NCBI GenBank assembly: GCA_002269645.1
Contig: NIVC01001309.1
Coordinates: 131,106-195,105, forward strand
Length of the DNA stretch: 64,000 nt
Direction of reading: 5' to 3'
Origin: Macrostomum lignano
Lineage: Eukaryota
The notes below the pieces were generated by a model. The model did not search any database. It had not been told where the DNA came from and worked only from the letters and a program-made list of their open reading frames with translations. The translations under genes and the position numbers were made by a program. Below are positions 58,247 to 64,000 of this stretch, piece after piece. Positions within the stretch are counted from its first letter, which is position 1. Each line of letters begins with the position of its first letter.

Positions 58247-60582
58247 CACTAAAAGCACTATAGGCTTAGGCACATTAGATAAAAACCGTAGTGGAATGGG
58301 ATTGAGAACAACATGAACTATTATATCAGCTGGTACGAGCGTAAGCTTCCAAGACTCAGAAAAGCCAAAGCCGAAAACGGCCGAGACTTGCTTGAAATAA
58401 AAAAGGGCACTTGCTGGATCATGCTGAAAAGTGGGGGGGGGGGCTTCAGCGTCCCATGCCCCCCCCCCTGGAGTGCTCGGCGCAGTCGCTGGAGGTCGGC
58501 TGGCAGAAGCGCTTGCTTGCTCTTTGGAGCAGCACCAAGGAGCGGTCGGGCTCCGCGCAGCGTGAGCTGTACCAGCGGTTGCTTGGTAGGGTCGACCACA
58601 CCGTTCGCCTTGTAGAACCAGGACACGGCTGCGAGGTGACATGACAGACTGCTGACGGAGAACAGTCGGTTTCCGGCCAGCTCCGCCAGCTAGTTGCACA
58701 CGTCGGCAGGCTGCGCTGACAGTGGCCGAACTCCATGGGCATCGCAGAACCGCAGCCAGAATGCGCACTCGGTGGCGTAGGCGGCGCTGGTTGAGCTTGC
58801 GAAGCCACCGCCGAGCAGTTGGCGGGCGGATGAGCTGAGGCCAGGCACAGGAGACCACAGGAGGCGGACCTGAAAAAGAAGGTGAGAAGCAGCGGCAGGA
58901 CTCAAGCAAGCAGATGCAAGCAAGCGGGTAGGCACGTAGCAGGTGCCGTAGAAACGAAAAAGAAAGTTAGCAAGCTGGCTAGGGTCGTTAGCTCTAAACA
59001 GCGGATCCGCGAGAAGCTGAAAGCGGCCCGGCACGTGGTACGCGCGCACGATAAAGTCACGTTGGATGCAGGTCAGAGTGACGAGCCTCTGCAGGTCGGC
59101 GATGCCCGCGGTACTTGGCCGAGTTAGAGTTGATGATGCCGCAGGCAGCGGTGCTGTGCGTTTACACCGCAACGGAGCGGCCGCTGAGGGCCACTTGGTG
59201 CTTCAGGATAGCGACCACCAGAGGGGCAGCGGACTCCTTGAGGTTGATGTGGAGCTCTTCAAACTCGCTACCGCAGTCGAGCTGCCATAGTAATAAAAAG
59301 CCAGGTCGAGTCACTGTCGTCGAAGTGCAGTACCGCACCGCCGCCTGCGTCACAGGCGTCAGATTCGATAGCGGCGGCCGGCGGACTTTGGCGGCAGAAT
59401 GCTCAAAGCGATCGTCCAAAACTCCAGCTGAGACCTGAGCTCCGCCGTAACTCGAAAACGGTCGGACGGATGCGTCAGGCTATTGGCGAGATCGATGAGC
59501 AGGCGCAGGAAGGTTCGACCGTGCTGAGCGGTTGTGCAACTTGCACCACGCGACGCAGAGTTGGGCTGAGTGAGGAGGGATTGGGAAGAGCGGAGGGCGA
59601 AGATCGGATCGATTGAAGCAATTCCGCCCGGTTTTCATTGTTTTTTTCAAGGATTTTTTAATATCAAAATGGTTGGTCAGGTGTTAGTGACCAGCCCGAC
59701 ACAAAGAGACACAATTAAAGAGACAATTGGCGAGCAAGGCGAGCAACGCGCGGGAGGCACACAGCGAAAAAGCGACCTCCAAGCAATGTATTTTATACAC
59801 GGACTAGTGGTCCTTGATTTTATAACGAGTTACAAGAAAAAAAATTTGAGTTAAAAGCAGAAATTGAATAGAAAAAAAAACTTAAGCGGAGAGCTGCGCG
59901 CAAATTGAGTCAGAAAACGCGGTGAGAGGCTCACCTAAAAAAGGCTAGCAGGCGGAGGGGAGGTGGGGGCCAGCCCCCACCCCACACAGATGCACAGAGA
60001 CCGCAAGGGGCGGGCTGATCACTAAAGCCGGTTTGCACAGGCGCAAGCACCCATGCAAACCAAAGCAATAGACGCTGGTTGAAAGACACTGCTCACTGGG
60101 ACAAAGGCTGGCGACTTTTCAATGTTGCTGAGTACAGTATATGTACATATCTGTTAGCAATTGTTTTCTTATTATTTGCTAGACGAGCTGCAGTCCCACG
60201 ATCTTGAAGTCATACACTGCGTTTAAGCCGATAAAAGGGACGCTGCTGGGTGGGTCTGGATAACATTGACGACCATCCCAGCTAAGCAGGTTCAAGTAGG
60301 CCTCTCACCTAACCAATCAAATACTCAAGCTCTCAGGAAAAGCTGACTCTTCGAAGAAGTTCTAGCAGTTAACGCCGAAGATGATGGCTTCGAACTTAAT
60401 GACGTCACTAGCTCGGTGGGGGAATTGAAGATGTCGCAATTTGGGGGAGAGGCAATTACATTGTCTCGTGTTGGTTGGGTGGGCCCCTCCGCCGGCTGGG
60501 GGTATTTTATTCCAGCCGCGCTTCTGAGCAAGCAGTGTTTTCGCGCAGTTATTTTTTTAACTCTAAAGCCAATCGCTGAATC

Positions 60583-63500
60583 ATGACTAGCACTGACACT
60601 ATCAAGTCACTGCGCGAGAGGTTGCAAGGCCTAGGCCTGCCAACCCACGGAAACAAAATGGAGCTATTGGAGAGGCTGTCTGCACACATCGATAGCCTAA
60701 CAGGACTGCAGGACGGCGATGATTGCAGATCGCCTTCACAGACCCCGGAGACAACTCGCTCGAAGAACATCTAAGATCTGCTGGCGGCGGCGGCGGCGGC
60801 GGCGGCGGCGGGCAGTGAGGCTGCAGCGAACGACGAGCTGCCGGAAGTCGAGCAGCGTATCCGGCTGCTGAAGCTGCGCAAGGAAGAAGCCGAGCTGCAG
60901 GCCGAGGTTAACCTATTGCAGCGGCAACAGGCTCCCTCAACTAACCATGGTGAGTTGTTTGGTCACATGATCAGGGAGTGAGTCGGCTAGACCAGCAATC
61001 CAGCATGGTACCTACCGCATACCCGAATTCATCTGTAAACGCAAGCAGCAGGAAGCGGGTATCATCCAGTCTGTTGATCGGACAGGTAGAGTTGTCTACA
61101 AGGTGAAGGAGGCAGCGTTGGAATCTCTGACCTTTGGCGACTGGATTGCTGGCAATGCGCGCATAATGCTGAAGATGCTGGATGATGGAGCTCTAGTTAA
61201 GAGCGGTGAAGGAGGATGTCCTGATGTTTCTGAGCTCCGAGATTACCTGTGTTTTAATGTAGCCAGACGGCTACTACCTCTTGGGAATCCAGAGCCTCCG
61301 ACATGGGCCTGGTTGCCGCCTACCTGATGGCACCGCAGAGAGGACCGACTGCTTCAGAGAGACAGTCGAAGCGGAGCCAGCAGCCTGTGTGCTTTGATTT
61401 CAATAAGGAAGCCGGTTGCAGCAGAAGAAACTGCAAGTTCGCTCATCAATGCCGGAGGTGCGGTCTAAGCCACTCAGAAGCGGCTGCCCACCGGGATGGC
61501 GTGGGCATCGAGACGGCCAGACCATCGCACTGACTGAGTGCCCGTAGTGATTTTAACGTCCCCGTTTTATCTACAGACTTGAGGTTCGTGGAGTGGGAGA
61601 AGGAGCTGATGTTTATTGATTTGCCTATGAATCGGAAGAAGTTTATTCTCGATGGTGTCGCGTATGGTTTTCGTACAACTAACAAAAGTGTTTCTGACTG
61701 CAAGCCAATTGATAATAACAACTACCATCTGTCCTTGTTCATTTCGAGGCTGTCGAAAAGCAGATTAAGAAGGAGCTCGGGTGTGGCAGGTATCGCGAGT
61801 GCCCGACCGGCTGGCGTCCGCAAGTGGTCAGTGCTCTCGGAGCCCTGCCCTAGGTTAGTTTGCCGTGTGCGCCTGATTCACGACTGCAGTCGGCCTGTGA
61901 ATAACTCTGTAAACTCTAGATGGGTCAGCCAGGAGAGGCTGCGGTTCACGTGCGCCGACAACTTTGCGAGAAAGCTGTCCAGAGGCTGCTTTATGACTAA
62001 GGTGGATCTCAGAGAAGCATACCGCGCCTGTGGTGTTCTACCCGATGATTTCAGTCAGACAGGGATTAAGTTCCGCTTCGGCGAGTCCAAGGCAGCCACC
62101 TACATGTACGACACCCGCTTGCCGTTCGGTACCGCCGCCATTGTTACCTGTTTTCACCATCTTTGCAACGCTGTGCAATAAATGATGGTGCCTGTTGACG
62201 CGGCTGGGCTTCACCGTGAACTGGGCAAAGTGTCAGGCACCAACTCAGCGTATGATTTTCCTTAGTGTCGAGTTCGATACGGTGGCCGGCATCAAGAGGT
62301 TGCCCGATGAGAAAGCGAGGAACCTGGCTGAGTTGGCTTTGCAACGCTTGATTGGCAAGCTTGGCTGGGCAGCGCAAGTGATTTGCAAAGGGAAAACCTT
62401 TCTGCGTGATCTGATTGAAGTGTGCAACGCTATGCGACCTGACGAGAGAATTAAAGTCAGCCTACAGTTATGTGACCAATTCAGCTGGTGGATTGTGGCG
62501 CTGGAGTCAGCCTGGTGGGTGGAGCTCTGGCCCGTCTTCAAGAACCATGAACTGCAATCGAGTCTGATGCGTGTAGAAGAGGCAGGGCAGCGGTGCTTCG
62601 AAGGTCGGATGGCAGTTGCGACTGGTGCTACGTCAATTGGAGCCAGGACGCGGCCGGAGTGTTCGCTGATCTGCCCATCAACTATAAAGAGGCGGTGGCT
62701 CTTCTGCTGTCAATCCTGCGCTGGAGGGCTCTAATGTAAGCGTTTATTGTTATGACATGGCGGCGTGCCATACTATAAACAATGGAACTTCGAAGTGTCC
62801 CGTTGTGTATAGGTTACTAGCTGCAGACGATTGCGATGATGTCCTTACGACATGGTCTAAGTGTGCGAGCCTTTCATGTGCCGGGAGAGTTTCAAATTCT
62901 CGTTGATGCAGCGTCTCGGTTGCACGAGAGCAGTCAGTTGATTATTTTTTCTTTCGCTGCTATGTCTACTTGTGCCCGCTTGCTTTGCAATCAATGTACC
63001 GGCATGCTTTCTGCCCTGCCTCTGCCCACTTTCTTCATTTTTCAGGCCGTCCAGATGCGCCAGACTTTCTCAGCCGCCGGGCCGCGTCGCTGCTAGGCGT
63101 CTCCTTTGCACCATGGTCGAGACAGGCGGTGGCAAGGCACATCCGTGAGTGGCAAGCTTACTGCAACCAGATCAGCTGCAGTCCTGTATCCTGTCCGCTG
63201 AACAGCCTGCTCGACTACCTGGCCAGCCTAGTCGGGACGCGTTTGCGTGCGTACGGCAGCGTTGCTTCTGTCGCCAGCTCCCTGTCCGTATGGTTTCGCG
63301 TCAACTCTGCAACAGATCTGACAAAGCATGCCGCCACACTCTACTCTCTCCTGCGAGGTGCCAAGCGAGGTGTCGCTGATCATGTTGCGGGGAGATTCAT
63401 CAGCGAGTCAGTAGTTCTGAAAGTTTTCAGCTTGCATATGCTGGGAAGTCACATCTGCTGTTGGTGGACATGCTTCGAAAATCTAGTGTGCTGCCAGCTT

Positions 63501-63900
63501 CGGGAAAAGGTCCGGCACGTGAGCGCTGCGCTGACATCCTTCGACATCGCGAGGTCTGATCTTGCGCCTGGAGCACGGAAAGACTCTCCAGTAGTTCAAA
63601 GAACGAGTACACCAGGCGCTTCGATCTACCGAGGCTAGCGAGGCGGACGTCGCTGTGCCGGTGTTGACAATCGAGCAGCACGCAAGATTCAATAATCTGC
63701 AATCGTCCGATGCACCCCTTTTCACTTATCGCGAACGCCGGAGGCAACCAGCGGCTGCTGACGGCAGGCAACTCAATGGGGCCTCGGTGTTGTGGGTGCC
63801 GGTGCCTGACATCATGAGGATCGGGGACTTGAAGAGTGACGCAGTGCAGTGGTACAATGTATCTCCCGCAGTCGCAGCAGGGCTTGCAGGCGGCTTACTT
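60583..63900 (+). mobile_element. Decayed Ngaro/DIRS-like YR retrotransposon: gag (SAP-like plus CCCH finger), RT, RNase H, YR
   Basis: SLRERLQGLGLPTHGNKMELLERL; CFDFNKEAGCSRRNCKFAHQCRRCGLSH; RLIHDCSRP, TKVDLREAYR, DTRLPFG, LGFTVNWAK, HVPGEFQILVDAASRL; YR N-domain WQAYC...LLDYLASL. Many stops and frameshifts. Confidence 0.82.
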
Positions 63901-64000
63901 CGCGTTTGCTAGTGTGTAGGAACTCTCATTTGACGGTTGACCTTGAGCTTTTCTAAATTCCTTTTTCTTTTGCTCGCTTTCTCTCCGCTTCGTTGCTTTG

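Larger units (their letters stand above)
56280..59520 (-). mobile_element. Decayed tyrosine-recombinase retrotransposon (DIRS/Ngaro-like): RNase H plus YR
   Basis: RTFLRLLIDL, RAYHVPG...LADPL, SSTSAAY..FWLRFC, KANGVVDPT, LVIPRSKTNQFG, FSGHS and VGDWTSSAVERY; interrupted at about 56790-58470. Confidence 0.8.

Overview
Eukaryotic, repeat-rich animal genomic DNA with spliceosomal introns. GC-rich exons, an intronless TRAF gene, a fibrinogen-related gene and minisatellite-filled introns suggest a free-living flatworm such as Macrostomum; this is inference only. Host genes: a 5-exon HMG-like gene absent from the ORF track (2618-4016, -), an ankyrin-repeat gene (10186-11682, -) with an inverted pseudogene fragment (17186-17660), a disrupted fibrinogen-related gene (14776-15771, -), an intronless TRAF (18854-20746, +), splicing factor SYF1/XAB2 (7 exons, 23456-30359, -, first exon unresolved) and a divergent RPS19 (41591-43152, -). 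Mobile DNA: a complete 6018-bp hAT-like transposon with a 9-exon, 1199-codon transposase, a mariner, nested MITE and hAT insertions with 8-bp TSDs, tRNA-derived SINEs, LINE fragments, a Gypsy pol fragment and two decayed YR (DIRS/Ngaro-like) retroelements. Most striking observations: a phased array of RFX X-box motifs that is also protein-coding sequence, the intron-rich hAT-like transposase, a 2.7-kb CpG-free tract upstream of SYF1, a different tandem repeat in each SYF1 intron (one built from Pol III B-box/tRNA 3' ends), and a TRAF with a His/Cys-swapped RING and an internal zinc-finger duplication. All alignments and counts were done by eye.
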